A stretch of 56,111 nucleotides of DNA, counting the filler, from Sluysia triapertura (lineage: Eukaryota): assembly GCA_046118255.1 (NCBI GenBank). It is 4 parts of 4 records of this genome, joined end to end, with 100 filler letters (N's around TTAATTAATTAA, not from the genome) between each part and the next. Parts side by side here need not be neighbours in the genome. Positions count along the whole stretch, not along the records: positions 1 to 15,210 come from JBJNIA010234562.1; 3 more parts are not named here. One strand, given 5' to 3'. The translations under genes were made by a program, and so were the position numbers. Below are positions 1 through 13,779 of this stretch, one piece after another. A model generated the notes under the pieces. It saw nothing but the letters and a program-made list of their open reading frames with translations. It made no database searches and had not been told where the DNA came from. Every line of letters begins with the position of its first letter. Position 1 is the stretch's first letter.

Positions 1-762
1 ACAAACAAATAATACACTGTGAAGGAGCAACGGTAATAAGGTATAGTAAGTGTCGGTTATCGTTGTTGCTTCACAGTTAGATAATGAATTGTTTAAAGCT
101 TAATTATGTTTATTTCTAGAGATAAGAGAAATGGTTTGAGTTGTAATTGAAACGAAGGATGTTAGAATAATTTATTTAAAATTTATTGAAGATTTGCAAT
201 TAAAAATAAGATTTATGCCTTGGATATAATGGTTTATAATGCTTAATGAAAGGTTAAAGTTATTTTAGTTTTGAATGACGATTACAAAATAAGTCTTAGT
301 ATATTACAGTGTCATTACGAGTAATTGTTTACGATGATTATGTGTATGTGAAATGGATTTAAGTTGGTGTAGTTGATTAAGGGTTTAGATGTAAATGATC
401 TATGTTTCTGAGGTAATTGTTAGCGTTGTTTGATAATGCTATTATATTTGTGATTTGTGAAGTTTATACTGTGATTGTGATTTGTTTGTTGAAATATCTG
501 GTGAATGAATGTTGTGGATTATTCGAGGTTAAATGTAGAGGTTTGTTGTGTTGTGGAAGATTAAAATTATTAGTTAATTAGTTGATATATGTGAGTTGAT
601 GAGGTGTTATAAATATCGAATGTTATTTTATGATGCTTGTGTTGGTGTAGTTCGATAGTAAAATGTGTGATTATTTTAAAAATTAAATTTTGGTGAAATT
701 TAATTTGTCAATATTATATATGAATTTTTATTTAGTTTAAATTATGAGTGTTGTCCACTACA
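1..762 (-). mobile_element. Family-1 dispersed repeat copy (TGTRGTGG.CAAC-start, CA-rich body, 3' hairpins), truncated by window start
   Basis: Reverse complement starting at 762 reads TGTAGTGGACAAC, matching TGTGGTGGCCAACC at 12653/41219; the body is TG-rich on + (CA-rich on -); long inverted repeat at 16-77. Confidence 0.65.
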
Positions 763-2088
763 CTTTCACTATTATCAAATTTTATAAAAATCCTTTTTTA
801 TAATATTACAAAATCAAATACACCCTCAAAATCTACAATTCATATTCACAATTTAATTAATATAAAACAATATCAAACTAAATCAACACATTGTACATAT
901 TAACATTTTAACATACACTTATGTATCTCCTCTACATTCACTAAAACAGTGTATCTGCCAAAGTCAATTTATATCCACAATCTCATAACATATAAACCAT
1001 AGCGACATCCAATGCTATCAATTTACATTAACAGATTCATCAAAAATATTTTACTCGATATTCATAACAATCAAACTACAGCCACAATCAAAATTATCTA
1101 CCCGACACCTTCGAATCAATTCGAACATTTTAAATTCATCACTCGTTATCATTTAATTTCAACAGCACATAAATACATCACTATTCAAAAACATTAAGAC
1201 AATAAATCACATTTTAAACATCTATAAGCACCTTACGAACATATCAAAAGTGAGACTGTCACTTATCTACTTTTATACATTCAACTACACCATTATAATA
1301 TATTAATAACTCATGATCCATTAACATTTTCAGTTAGAAACATTATTTCATTTAGAACATTTGGCTCAATTATCTAAAATTTACGAAAAAACTAGAAAAC
1401 AGCAGTTAAGATTTATATAAAAAAAGCCTTATACATTATCTTACATCTTTAAGCCTTAACATCACAAATTCACAATTCTGTACAGTTGATTTGTTTTCAT
1501 AAGCCTAATATGTTAAGAAATCTAAAAGGATTTAAAGTAAGATCATCTATAATTTTTAAAGAATCTAAGACTTTATGCACTTTAATAACAATAATAACAA
1601 TTACATTGTCGCTCTTGTTATTATTGTTATTATCCTTAATTCCATCATTTTTAAGTGTAGCTTTCAAATACTTCAAGAAATATAAAGAAAATTAAAGAGA
1701 TGTCGTGTAAAATTCAGAAAGAGTTTATGCAGTTTAATAATAATAATAATAACATTGTGTTATTATTATTATTAACATTTTTATTATTATCATCGATTTT
1801 TGTTCTAAATTTTGTCATTCATCACTATCAATGGATATAATTTTAATTTGTTATTACAAGCATCGTCACCACTGATAGTGACTACATATTTCATTATAAG
1901 ATTTAATTACCATTAGCTGTCATCAGTCGACAGATATTTCAAATCAAATGTTACCATTTTGTCAGCTGTCGACTAAGGACAGCTCATTACACAACCATCT
2001 ATTTCATTTTCAACTCTTGTTGACTGCCCAATCAAAATTCGTATTTGTGTCACTGGTCATATCCACTTTGATTGGGCAGCCAATTACA
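763..2088 (+). mobile_element. Family-1 dispersed repeat copy, 5'-truncated, three terminal hairpins
   Basis: CACCCTCAAAATCTACAATTCA (~822) is shared with ~41288 and similar at ~43245; AAT/TTA tracts; hairpins at 1822-1881, 1915-1984, 2024-2079; ends GGGCAGCCAATTACA like the other copies. Confidence 0.7.
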
Positions 2089-4764
2089 ATTATTTTCTAC
2101 AGAAAACAAAGATTAATTAATAGATAGAAATAAAAATCAATGATATAGCTAGAAGTTACCAGTAATTATTAAAAATTTGTAGTTAATTATTAAAAATATA
2201 AAAAATCTATCGTTTTGATAAAATTAATTATTATTACTTGTTTGATATGAGTAGCAAACAATTTGAATTTAAACGTAAAGCGTTGACGAAAACGGTTGAC
2301 GAAGTGATTTAAAGGAACACAATTGATGATATAATATTTGATAACGAATTCTATATTGCCTATGCTGGAGGTGAAGCATATTTATGCAAATATATGACTG
2401 AAACACGTATTGCTCATACAAAATTAACTCTTACCAAAATAAATTTTATTAGTAATGTAGTAGATAAAATAACGTCATTTCCTCAGGTATACATAAGTCT
2501 ACTTGGACAATTACAAATTGTTTTTTATGAAATCAACGACCAATTTAGCTTCCAACAAGATGATTATCTTCAAAAAAATTTTCTGAAACAAGCATCAAAT
2601 GAAATTAGTCTTGCTTATACCGACGGTATACCGTCGTAAAAAATCAAACAATGCTTTTCATAATCTTTTTACAAGATGAAATCAATTATTTTTTGTTCAA
2701 GATTGGCGAAATAGTATAGATCTATATAAATTTGAATCATCAATTTATGATATGGAAAACAATCGCAACATACAATTGAAATTTTTTGAATCAAACAAAG
2801 ATTTTATTCATAATAGAGTTCAATCATTCCAAGATTCATCATGTTTTAGAATCATTAGTTAAGTATTATCAATGACTTTTAATATAATCGAATTTAAAAG
2901 TAGATTTTACCATTTGTATTCAAATCCAATACATGAATCAAATAGAAAAGTGTGTAATGGTTTATAAAATACAGTGATTCGGCGAAATGTCATGACTACA
3001 AGGATCATCATGAAGTTAATTATAAGCCAAACAAGCTAAAAAAATGATGTGTACTTAACAAGCCGATATAAATGGTTTGTGTTTGAAATACGGAATTACT
3101 TGCAGATATGCCCATACTATTAATCAATTAGAAGATGCAAAATTCCATGGCTATCCGTCGTTGTCACACACAACACTAGATCGGAAAAATTGCTACTTTC
3201 ACTTAACATCCAATTAACTGATATTCAAATGGTAATGAAGATCGAACAACCGTACCAAAACCATGATTATGCTACAAGCGAAATGTTAAGATCCTGAGCA
3301 TGGTCAGAAAAGCTATCTGAAAAGATTGAATTTAATAGAAATTTATAGTGTATTAATTAATAGAATTATTAAAGCTAATTTTTCTTTTGTTAATTTTTGT
3401 TATCCAATATTAATTATTAATAAAGATGTAAAATATAATTTTTTGCTTTCTATAAATTCTAATAAATTTTACAAAACTGTTAGTTATTTAAAACCTATAA
3501 CCATAATAATAATTTTACAATAATGATTTTAAAATAAATGATGAGATACATGAAGATAATTCTGACTATGATCATTTTGTTAATGTTAAAGATTTAGAAA
3601 ATTAAATTATCCGTTTTGTTGGAAACGATTTCAATCAAATTCAAGAAGATCACTTAATAACTTCGGAACAATCCAATTCACTGGTAAAAAAAGTTGTATC
3701 TTATACCAAACTAAATGCCCATAGTCTAAACAATAGTATTTACGAACGTATTTGTGTAGAAGCAAGTAAGATTGTTAAAATATTTGTGAGTGCTGTACCC
3801 TAATTTCTTTAAGAATTATTATTTTGATTATATTATTATTATGTTATTATTTTATTACATTAAATGCTTGTAATGTGTGACAACCCTTGATAATATTGTC
3901 ATTATTGAAACTGTGATTAATTCTATGTTGCTTTTATTTATAAAACCACTAATTGTAAATATTTACAAAGTCGCTGTGTTTAGTTACTCGATCAAGATTA
4001 TCAACTGGATCAAAATACGATTTAATAGTATCTTTATTGTAATAAATATTTTATATGTTAATGTAGAAATCTATTCTGACTTCTCCTCAGTTTTTTTTGA
4101 AATCTTATGCGTTTTCCTTTTAACTTTATTTTATTAAATATTTGTCAAATTTAACTATGTCTGAATACTATTTTATACTCTAATAAAAATCCTTTATCTA
4201 TATTATTAATTCAAATCTCTTTATAAAATTTATAGTTATTATAAACTTCAATTAATATTATCACTTTCTATTAAACTTAACTGGAGGTATGAATCAGTAT
4301 ACTCGTCCTTGCAGTTCAGGATAGAAGCGCTTAGTAATGTATTATTACTAGTTATACAATTACACTCTGATCTATATTCGAATATAATAAAAATGCTTAT
4401 CTTAGGACCCTACTCTCGAATTAATAAATAACGAAAACAATGAAATTAAGTAGTTTATTTAAATAAATCAATACAAAAGAAATTTTAACATATACAATTA
4501 TAATTTCAATATAAATTATGTTCAGAAAAGAAATAAGAAGAAATAATTAATATTGACCACTAACACTAATAGAATTTCGATTTTTTCGTTCAGCGACAGA
4601 ATACAGTTAATTAACGATAAATTGATAAAATTTCGATAGCAGGAAACAATAAATGAATGAATAAAAATTTGCTCTCTTCGTTGAAATTCGTTTTTATCAA
4701 AAAATTCTCTCGTCTTGTGTGGTAATGTTTTTGATGAACTCCTTTTATATTAATTTACGATTAT

Positions 4765-5020
4765 TTGAATAATAATAACTTTGATTGAACAATTATAATT
4801 ACAATAATTTTAATAATTCTAATATAAACATGGTCCAAACAATAACTTTAATTGAATAAATAATAGTTCTAATTGAATAATAAACATGGTTTGAACAATA
4901 ACTTTGATTGAATAGTAACTTTTATTGAATAAATTGAATAATAAACATAGTTCGAAATAATAACTTTAATTAAATAATAATAGTTCTAATATAGTTAAAT
5001 AATAAACGTGGTTCATAATA
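4765..5020. repeat. Degenerate AT-rich tandem minisatellite
   Basis: Recurrent units such as AATAAACATGGTT.GAA.AATAACTTT.ATTGAATA and AATAATAGTTCTAAT. Confidence 0.7.
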
Positions 5021-5478
5021 ATAATAATATTATTATTATTATTAGCAATAATATTAATTGTTTCTTCTAAAATATTATTAATTATTAATTATTATATTAT
5101 GTTACAATTTATTATGTTATATTTTTTAAATATTAAGTAAAAGTTGAAACACACTACACTGATTATTATGTTACAATATCATGTAGAATTCAATTCAGAT
5201 ACTACCAAAATTTATACATATAAAATTCTCTACACATATGGAATTTATTCAAACCAGAAACAGACACTAAAATTTATCTATTTTCATTCATTTCTAAAAT
5301 TTAGTATTAGTCACCGTTATTATATTTATAAATTATTTATATGAAAATTATTATTATCTACATATAAAAATACATGTACAATTTATTCAATTCAGATGCA
5401 GAAACTAAAATTTATCCATTTTCATTCAATTACAAAATTCATTTCAAAAATTATTATCATCAATAGCATTAATTACGG

Positions 5479-5479
<1 letters not shown>

Positions 5480-5541
<62 letters not shown>
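5480..5541. repeat. (TTA)n microsatellite
   Basis: Pure TTA run; source of the spurious poly-Leu ORF 5396-5581. Confidence 0.95.
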
Positions 5542-6231
5542 TAATGTCTATAAATTTAGATTTCGTATTATCTCTATGTAATCTCAAGTTAAAATGATTT
5601 TGTTTTCATAATTAATCATAATTTTGATTTCATACAATTTCTATCTGATCTTAATTGAAAATTAATTAATTACAATTATTTACTTAATCAAACATTTGAT
5701 TAATATTCAAGCATAATCATAGCACCACACAAAATTCTCAGACATTAAATATTTCAGTCAAAAATTACATGCAATTTTATTTACAATATTTTTGTGAGTA
5801 TTATGTTTTTACAATTTTATTATTTGTTTTTATGCATTTACATCTTTTTTAAATTTTACTATACTTGAAAATAGAGATTTATTATATTTGTTAGAACTGT
5901 CAAATAAACAATTGATTCTATTAAAACGTTAACAGTAACTTAAAGCTGAAAGAGAAGGCACTAGCTACGCAAAGAGATCTTGGTTTCAATTCGGTCCATT
6001 TAAGAAGTATAACATATTTACAGAATTATGAATTCTGAAGTCGTGAATTAAAATTTATAACTAATCTTTTTAATTTAATTAATATATTTTAGTTACGAAT
6101 TTAAATATGAAATCCTAAATTATTGCGAAAACTTAAAATATATGCGGTTATTATGTTGAAGAATTTCATAGAATAATTATTTTAAACGAATTTTTATTAA
6201 TAAAATTAAACAGAATTTTAATTTTTATCAG

Positions 6232-6581
6232 ATGGTCGAGGTAGTTATTTATTCCGTGCTCGGTCTCATAATAATAATGAGTTTGTTTTAATGTTTTTTG
6301 ACGGAAAAATTATACACAAAATTCGAATGGATATACGAATGGCTCATTATGATACCAATAATAATAGTAATAATAGTGATAATTCTCCTCATTTGAGTTC
6401 TTTAACAACCAATGGTATTTCATCAGAACAAGATAATACTAAGTCAGTTGCTGCTTTAGTGCTTGGTAAAAATTATTTTGAATCTTGGGAAGAAATGGTT
6501 GAAAATTTTACAAACTATCCGATAATTTCTTTAAATTCCGAAGGAGGTCTGCAGGATAAACTAACAAATCCTATTAATGTA
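6232..6581 (+). CDS. RASA1: RASA1/p120-RasGAP-like gene, SH2-domain exon
   Basis: ttttatcag acceptor and gtaagt donor; GRGSYLFRARS..EFVLMFFDGKIIHKIR...LVLGKNYFESWEEMVENFTNYPI...LTNPI fits an SH2 domain; phase-0 join to the next exon. Confidence 0.7.
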
Positions 6582-8052
6582 GTAAGTTTTATTTCAAGTA
6601 ATATACTGTGTATAGTTATTAAAACAATCACTAGAATTCTAAAGTAATTTTAATAGCCAGATCGAACAAAGTCTTAAAATTACTTTTATTAAAGTTTATA
6701 TTACGTATTTAATATATTGTTTACAAATTACAAAAACAGTATTAGGAAGTCACCTTGCGAAATATCTGTAAACCATGACCATGATTAAGTCAAATACTTG
6801 CCAATCTTTCGTCCCTAACCAACTGTAGCTATGATTCCAAGACTTTTCACATTATTTGCATTAAAAGTTTACTTACTTAAATCAGTTGGCATGGTCTACA
6901 GTAATCTATTTTTCATAAGCTCTTTGGCATCAATTAATCTAAGTACATCTAGGATAATTTACCTAAAGTTTGCAATTTATATTTTGTCAATTAAGATCTT
7001 TATAAACTGATCTTGCAACGCTACCCTTCTAACGCCTGCCCTCTTCAGGCGTAAACAAACATTTGTTATCATTCAATTTATATGTGACTAAACAAAATTT
7101 TAGTATTTCTTCAATCCCTTTTTGTAATATATGTATCATGCGTTACTTTAATATTTTTTTAAAGAAATTGAATAAATTAACTAATTTGATTCTAATAATT
7201 CAGTGTAAAGTAAATCATAATGTCCCAAAATCCAGTCTAATTACTAATCTAATTTTTACAGTTTCGACTTATCTAGCTTCGCATCACAAGAGTCAAAGGC
7301 ACACAAATCATACTTTTTAAAAATATCAACATTACAAAAGTCGATGTCCGGAGATCGAAATGATTGTGTAATTTGATTTGAAAAATTTAATTAAAGTCCG
7401 TTTGACCTATCGATTTTCATTATATAATTTATCAACAGTTGTTCGGGGTAAATTTGATATTCGAGTATGTATTGAAGCCAATGATTAACGCAATCAATTT
7501 TAATCTATCGATATAATTATCATTAATTTAAAGTCTGATTGCGGCGATCTGATTTATTTAATGACGTGAGGTGATTAAGTTGAGGTTTATCTTTGAAAAA
7601 CTTATTACGGAAAGAAAATTTATTTTTGAAAGAAACAAGTCTTCATTAAGATAGCTTGAGGATAGATTGCTGTTCTGGGGCTTCTGGTTGATATAACTTT
7701 ACATATTAACAGTATAAACTTAAAACTTCAAAGTAAAGATAATTTAATTAATCAGTTCTATGGTTCTATTTAGTCGTTTGCAACCAAATTTTAGTTTTTC
7801 AAGCAATTTGTCAGAAACAACTCATTTTCCTCTTTTAAAGGAAAGCACGCCGTAAACGAACTACTTTAATATATCAAAGTTTTAAAAAATACTTGATTTA
7901 TATTATATAAATTATTTAATATTATTTTTTATTTTGGTATCTTTAATCAAATAAACTTTTTCATATTCATAACACAGTATTCATCCAATAAGATGTTTTA
8001 AATTTCTAAAAATAATTCAAATTAAAATACATGCATGCATTTATATTTTCAG

Positions 8053-8282
8053 AACGATATGGAAAGCGATATATATAAACAAATTAAATTTAGTAGGCCA
8101 CCGCACCAAACTGATGCTTACAGTATTCATGGAGAAATATCTGTTTATGAAATGAATAAAAAGAAGTGGCGTGATGCTTATGGATATGTAGACAAAGGAC
8201 ATGGTCATTTAATTGGTTTAAAGAACATTATTGAATTGTCTAAATTCAATTTTGTTCCTATAGATTATTCAGTATTTCAAAA
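8053..8282 (+). CDS. RASA1: RASA1-like gene, linker plus N-half of PH domain exon
   Basis: tttcag acceptor; DIYKQIK...HGEISVYEMNKKKWRDAYGYVD...KNIIELSKFNFVPIDYSVFQK parallels RASA1 EIYNTIR...KRWKNLYF...KGLIDLS..V..VHDSLFGR; phase-2 donor matches the phase-2 acceptor at 11723. Confidence 0.7.
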
Positions 8283-8885
8283 GTTTGTCTTTACATTTAT
8301 GATACATATTTGTAAATATCATTTACAATATAAAATAATTCAACATTTAACTAAACTAATTAAATTCTAATTATAAATAAGTAAAACTTTTGTGACTACA
8401 AAAATGAGAAGCAATAGTAATAGAAGTAATAATTTCAAATAAAATTGCATTATTAACGAGACGTTTAAGAATATTTCATATATAATTACCTCTAACAAAA
8501 CGCATTAATTTGATATATCATCAAAATCATGAACTTTAAAATAACTTATAACAATTACAAACAAACACTTCATACCTAAATAAAATGCTAAACAAGTTAC
8601 TCGATACACTCAAAACATAAATACAATTTTTAAGTACTACAATTTTACAATTGTTGTCATTATAATTATTATTGCAATAATAATAACTACCGTCATAATA
8701 ATACTAGGCCGTTATAGTAATCCCGTTATTCTAATTTTGTAATTGTTATAACTGTTAATGTTGTCGCAATTGCTTTCCTTTGTCGTTCTCTTGCGTTTGT
8801 ATCTATGCATGTTTATTATCGTGCACATTTTATTGTTCTTCATATTCCATCAAAATATATCGAATGTTATATTAACATTAAAAGA

Positions 8886-9506
8886 TGAATGAATTATTAG
8901 AATCAAAACTGCTCGTATAATTCGAAATCAAAAAGAATCCGAAAGACAACTTGAAGTTAAACAAAAATTCGCATGACTTAATTCGCATGACTTAATTCGC
9001 ATAAATGATGTGGCTATTAGTGGAAGTTACCCAAACTTCACTTACTAGAAATAATAAAAGACCGTCAAAAATTCAAGAAAAAGCCGAAGCTTTAAAGCGA
9101 GAACAATATTACTAAAAATGTTTTTAAGACAAAAAATAAAAGAAAATGCTTCAAAAAGAAATTAAATAATTAAATAAGATTAATAATTGATGAAACACAT
9201 GAAAGAACGAGAAATAAATCTGATAAATGAAAAAGAAGCTGTGAAAAATTCAACTAAACTCAAACTGAATTACATAAGATTAGAGCACGTATATATCGTT
9301 TGTTTAAGGAAATTTACTGAAATCAGAAATAAGCAAAATATTATTAAACATTATAGTGAATTAAAAGAACAAATAAAATTTAACTAATAATTGAAAGAAG
9401 ATTGTAGCGAAATAAGTAAAATGATGAAAAAAATTGTATTGAAATGATAAATCGCATTCGAGCTCAACAAACCTTACCTTTTGAATATCCGTTACGTTCT
9501 AAATAA
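8886..9506 (+). pseudogene. Decayed coiled-coil protein remnant nested in the RASA1-like intron
   Basis: Interrupted E/K/Q-rich reading (QKESERQLEVKQK, KIQEKAEALKREQ, ELKEQIK) with stops, frameshifts and a 14-bp tandem duplication AATTCGCATGACTT. Confidence 0.3.
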
Positions 9507-10281
9507 TAGATATAGAACTGAAAATATAAAAATTGTTTTATTTAAAAAATTAATAATCATAATTTCTACCACAGTAAAATGAAATCGATAAATTTACAAA
9601 ACTTATGAATTTATAAATTTGTAATTTGAATGAAACCAATATTGATTTTTCTCTGCCAAGTTTAAGAGTTTTGTCATCAGTTAAAGATTTGAAAGATTCT
9701 GTTGTATCTGCTCAAATATTTTATGACTTTAGCATAAATGACATTTATGTAAATCCGTACAATTTGGGGCAGTTGAGTAAATGACAGTATAAAGTTTGTT
9801 TCTGACGGAACTTGGTGTGATCAAACTCTAACATATCGTAACAATTATATTGATAATGTTTATAATTCTAAGTTCCCACTTTTCAAATTATTTCATCATC
9901 ATTGGACGAACAAGCAGAAACTGCAGCGACTGCGTTATAACGGTGCTGATTTTTGTTTTGGTTTTTCCTCTATTGTTGTGTAATAAAATGTTGTTAAATT
10001 GGTTACTTTGTTCATAACTTTTTAATATTCGTTAAAGGCATTAAGCCTAAAGTTTTTCTTAAGACGTTCATTAAACTTTTAAAACAGATAAATAAAAGTT
10101 TTGTTTATTTAATTATACTTGGAATTTTTGACCTTAGAGTAAAATTGAAATTTATTAACTTTATTAAACACTTTAAAAACACAAAGCCCTCGATCATTCA
10201 TGATACAAATTTAGATAAATTTATTTCCGATAATTTTTTTGATTATGGTTGATAATTTAAATACTATTTTTATTAGTTTAA

Positions 10282-11702
10282 CACGTTAATCGTCATGCCA
10301 GTCATATGTGTCTGATACTAAGAAGGTCAGTTACTGATATCTGACGCAGTGTATCTTTCAAAACCTAAGCCTCCCAGAAGCAAAACGTGAAAATTGCTTC
10401 GCTTACTACGAAAAATAAATAAAATAGATTTATCTTACACTTGGAAAACTACATTATGTTGTCCAAAACTTTATAAGCAATAAGTTGAAACTTTTTTCTT
10501 GCTGCTTCTCGACCTTATGCTTTTTTTATTTGGGCAGAACATTCAACGCACATTGTTTTCATTTTCTTTTCAGAACTAAACATCGTTTTTGAGTTATGTT
10601 CAAACCCAAGTTAAGCACATCAGTAACCAAGTTTTCACAAAATTCTCTAATTGATCTGAAATAACTATCCCAACTTTACCTTTATTATAAGCACAAAGCG
10701 AAAGTTGTTTTTGTTTATTATTTCTTTGCCTACTTGTGCTGGCGGAAGTTGTGTTTATATCCACCATTTCTGGGCCATGTTTTATTGTTAATACTCTAAC
10801 ATTTCTAGTATTTAGCCAGTTAAGTACTACGTACAGCTTTAATCTTTCGCTACCATTTCTCCTTTCTTTAAGGAGAAATATGTTTGATTGATCAATAAGA
10901 AGTTGTATTGCCCATTCTTACTAACCCCACAACATAAAAAGGCCGAAAAACTTTCTTATTTCTTCGGCGTTAGTTAGGTACTATTTATTTAGACGATTTT
11001 GTCGAGTTTTTTTTTGAAGTTTTATAATCTCATCAAAAATAATATGCATGTATTAAAAGCAGATGTATTGCTGGATAAATTTAATTGTAAACCAGATTTT
11101 CCTATAAAATCAAAATATTTATGTCTACCTTCATAGTCGCTCCATTCAACATCACTATTATCAAGCAATTCACACTCAGTTATTTCGTCCATGGTTTCTT
11201 CCAACTCTAAATCTTGAAGAATTTTTTAAAGATTTTCTTCATCTTCATCATCTTCATCTTAATCATCTGAACTAAAATCTCTGTATTCTTCATCAGAAAT
11301 ACATTCTCTTTTAGTTCATTCTCACTTAGAAACTTCCGTTTTGCCATTATTTGTAAATATTTAGAAAAAAATTATAAAAAAAATAATTTCAGTAATTATG
11401 TACTATCTGGTAAATGTCAAATGCACTGCTGATTCATACACAACGCATTCAACAAAATAGTGGCTAATACTTGTTGCAACCTTCATGGATGAGTAACATA
11501 TGAATGAAGAAGCTTTTTTTTCATGCCCATGTCATTCATATGCGTTTGTCACAAAAAATAATGTTTTTCCGGAAAATTTGGTGAAAAGAATATTTATACA
11601 TTACAAAGTTAAATTTTTTGGAGATGTAGTGTCTAAATTGTGTAATAAAATTATCATGGCCCTGATGAAAATTTTGTTGAAATTATTGTGACGATTAACG
11701 TG
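10282..11702 (-). mobile_element. Internally deleted piggyBac transposon with intact termini
   Basis: Perfect 14-bp TIRs CACGTTAATCGTCA (10282-10295) / TGACGATTAACGTG (11689-11702), TTAA on both sides; minus-strand relics: acidic N-terminus, LTWLNTRNVRVLTIKH, AYNKGKVGI..SDQ and a Cys-rich tail. Confidence 0.92.
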
Positions 11703-11722
11703 TTAAATATCTTAATGTTTAG

Positions 11723-12282
11723 GTATTGCTTTTTATTGGAAGGAAAAGATAAACATTATTATATTGCAATGTGCAAACCATCAGATAATACGTGTTCTGA
11801 GAAAAAGATAAATTATAACTCTGAAATATATTCATATCGACTGAATCGTATAAATACAGATAAATAAATTCATCACGTTACAGACAATCTCAATCCTGCT
11901 GAATCAAAACAAATCGAAGATGATAAATATGAAGTCAGTTATGATTTAGTGCAATGTTATAAAGACCTGTATGAATGTTCAATAAACATAAAACGTTTAA
12001 ATCTAAATTTTATGATGCACAAAAAATGAGTACTAGACAAGTTTCCGATTTATCGAAGCAATGAAATTTATGCTAGAATAGTATCCGTACAAAACATTAG
12101 TACAAAAAGTTTGAATGAACCATTATATACAACTCAATCAAACAATTCAATTCAAATCATGTTTATCCGAATTTCAAATTGTCAAAGAAAAATAAAATTA
12201 CGGAAAGTTGTATTAATATATACTTGGATCCTTGTAGCAACTCCTCTAGTATTTCAGGAAAGCCTATGATCATGAACAAAAC
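11723..12282 (+). CDS. RASA1: RASA1-like gene, C-half PH and probable C2 exons (internal micro-intron structure uncertain)
   Basis: tttag|G TAT TGC TTT gives YCFLLEGKDKHYYIA (PH strand motif CF...HYYF); followed by short GT-AG candidates and C2-like RSNEIYARIVSVQNISTKSLNEP / CINIYLD. RasGAP domain not found before the contig ends. Confidence 0.5.
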
Positions 12283-12652
12283 GGTAATTATTATACATGT
12301 TTATTTGAATTTTCATAACTTGAATTGTTTTTATGTTTTTTATCTTTGTAGGACCGATTTTGAACGAATCCTATGGTATTTCCAGAAAACAACAAAGCAA
12401 ATGTTAATCATAGATTTAGATTTAGTATATATGTTGATAATAAATAATTTTAGTATTTATCTTTGCTTTTCATCTAATTGTAGAAAGATTTATTTAAACT
12501 TTATTATAAATTTTGTAAAGTCAATTAGTTTCAAAGATAATATTCAATTTCATTAACTAGTTTTATTAAATATAAATTGTTTCCTTTAACGATTAATCTC
12601 TATTTAATTTAATAAACTTTAAAGTTAGAAACACAATACTACACAATCATCT

Positions 12653-13545
12653 TGTGGTGGCCAACCTTTTCATTAAAAGTGTCAATTCAACATTAAACAT
12701 AAAAATCAGACTTCATAATATTTCATATTTCATTTCTTCAGACTCATTAAAATTTTAGATACTTTAAAACATTTTAAATTCACAATTTCATAACATTAAA
12801 ATCACAATCAACATCGAAAATTATCAAATGTTAATTCGAAACATTTCAAGTGCACCATTCTTCAACATTCACATTATTAATATTATTGAAAAACATTAAA
12901 TTTACATTTCAAATTTATTGTAAAACATCATTACAATCAAAATGGAATTTCTTCTAAGATCTTTAACTACGTTGTTACTTTTTTTAGTTATTACTGCATA
13001 AATTCTTTTTCAAAGACAATAAGAAATAAAAAAATATTCAGAAAGGATTAAGGTTTAAAGTAATTATAATAAAATTTTATTTCAAAGAATTTCTTTTATT
13101 TTTATTTTTATCAAAAATAAAGATTTTCATTTACTAGAAATGTATATTGAAAGAAACACTTTTACAGAAGAGAAGTATTTTAAATAATATTAAGGAATTT
13201 ATGCGGAATTTTTATTTTGTTAATTTCAATTATATTATTTATTAATATTATTTTTATTCTTTGTTATTATTATTATTAATTACAATTTGTTATTATGTAT
13301 TTTANNNNNNNNNNNNNNNNNNNNNNNNNNNNNNNNNNNNNNNNNNNNNNNNNNNNNNNNNNNNNNNNNNNNNNNNNNNNNNNNNNNNNNNNNNNNNNNN
13401 NNNNNNNNNNNNNNNNNNNNNNNNNNNNNNNNNNNNNTGATGCCAGTCCTTTTGTTTAATAGCAATATAGTAACTGTCATCGGATCATGAATGAAATGTT
13501 TATGATGTGTGGTATGAATTTTAGATTTCACTTGGCCAACCAGTC
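12653..13545 (+). mobile_element. Family-1 dispersed repeat copy spanning a real assembly gap (13305-13437)
   Basis: Starts TGTGGTGGCCAACC; CA-rich body then TTA tract; TTGGCCAACCAGTC after the gap resembles the family 3' end. The 3' boundary is uncertain. Confidence 0.6.
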
Positions 13546-13779
13546 TCTTTTCAATTAATTTTGCGTAACAAAATAGTTAAAATTTTTAATTAAAACTCGG
13601 AAATAAACATTTCTTAGAATAATTACAAAATTGTGTTCAAAAATTAAAATTTTTCGATGAATCCATTCAATCTTAATTCAGCACGTAAATGTATTTTAAA
13701 AACAAATTTATACCATTCTGATCTATTTCAAAGTGTTTGTAACATGCAAACAACACGAACGATATTATGCAGCAAACAA

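Noticed and set aside
2248-3330. Long decayed plus-strand reading region
   Set aside because: Possibly a pseudogene, but there is no recognisable motif, so no call is made.
4283-4345. GGMNQYTRP resembling the kynurenine aminotransferase NQYTR motif
   Set aside because: Too short, immediately followed by a stop, no further similarity.
5396-5581. Poly-Leu ORF resembling a signal or transmembrane peptide
   Set aside because: Translation of a (TTA)n microsatellite.
6760-7060. Minus-strand gag-like remnant (LRLKRAG...LMKNRLL..MP)
   Set aside because: Multiple stops and no diagnostic motif; cannot be supported without a search.
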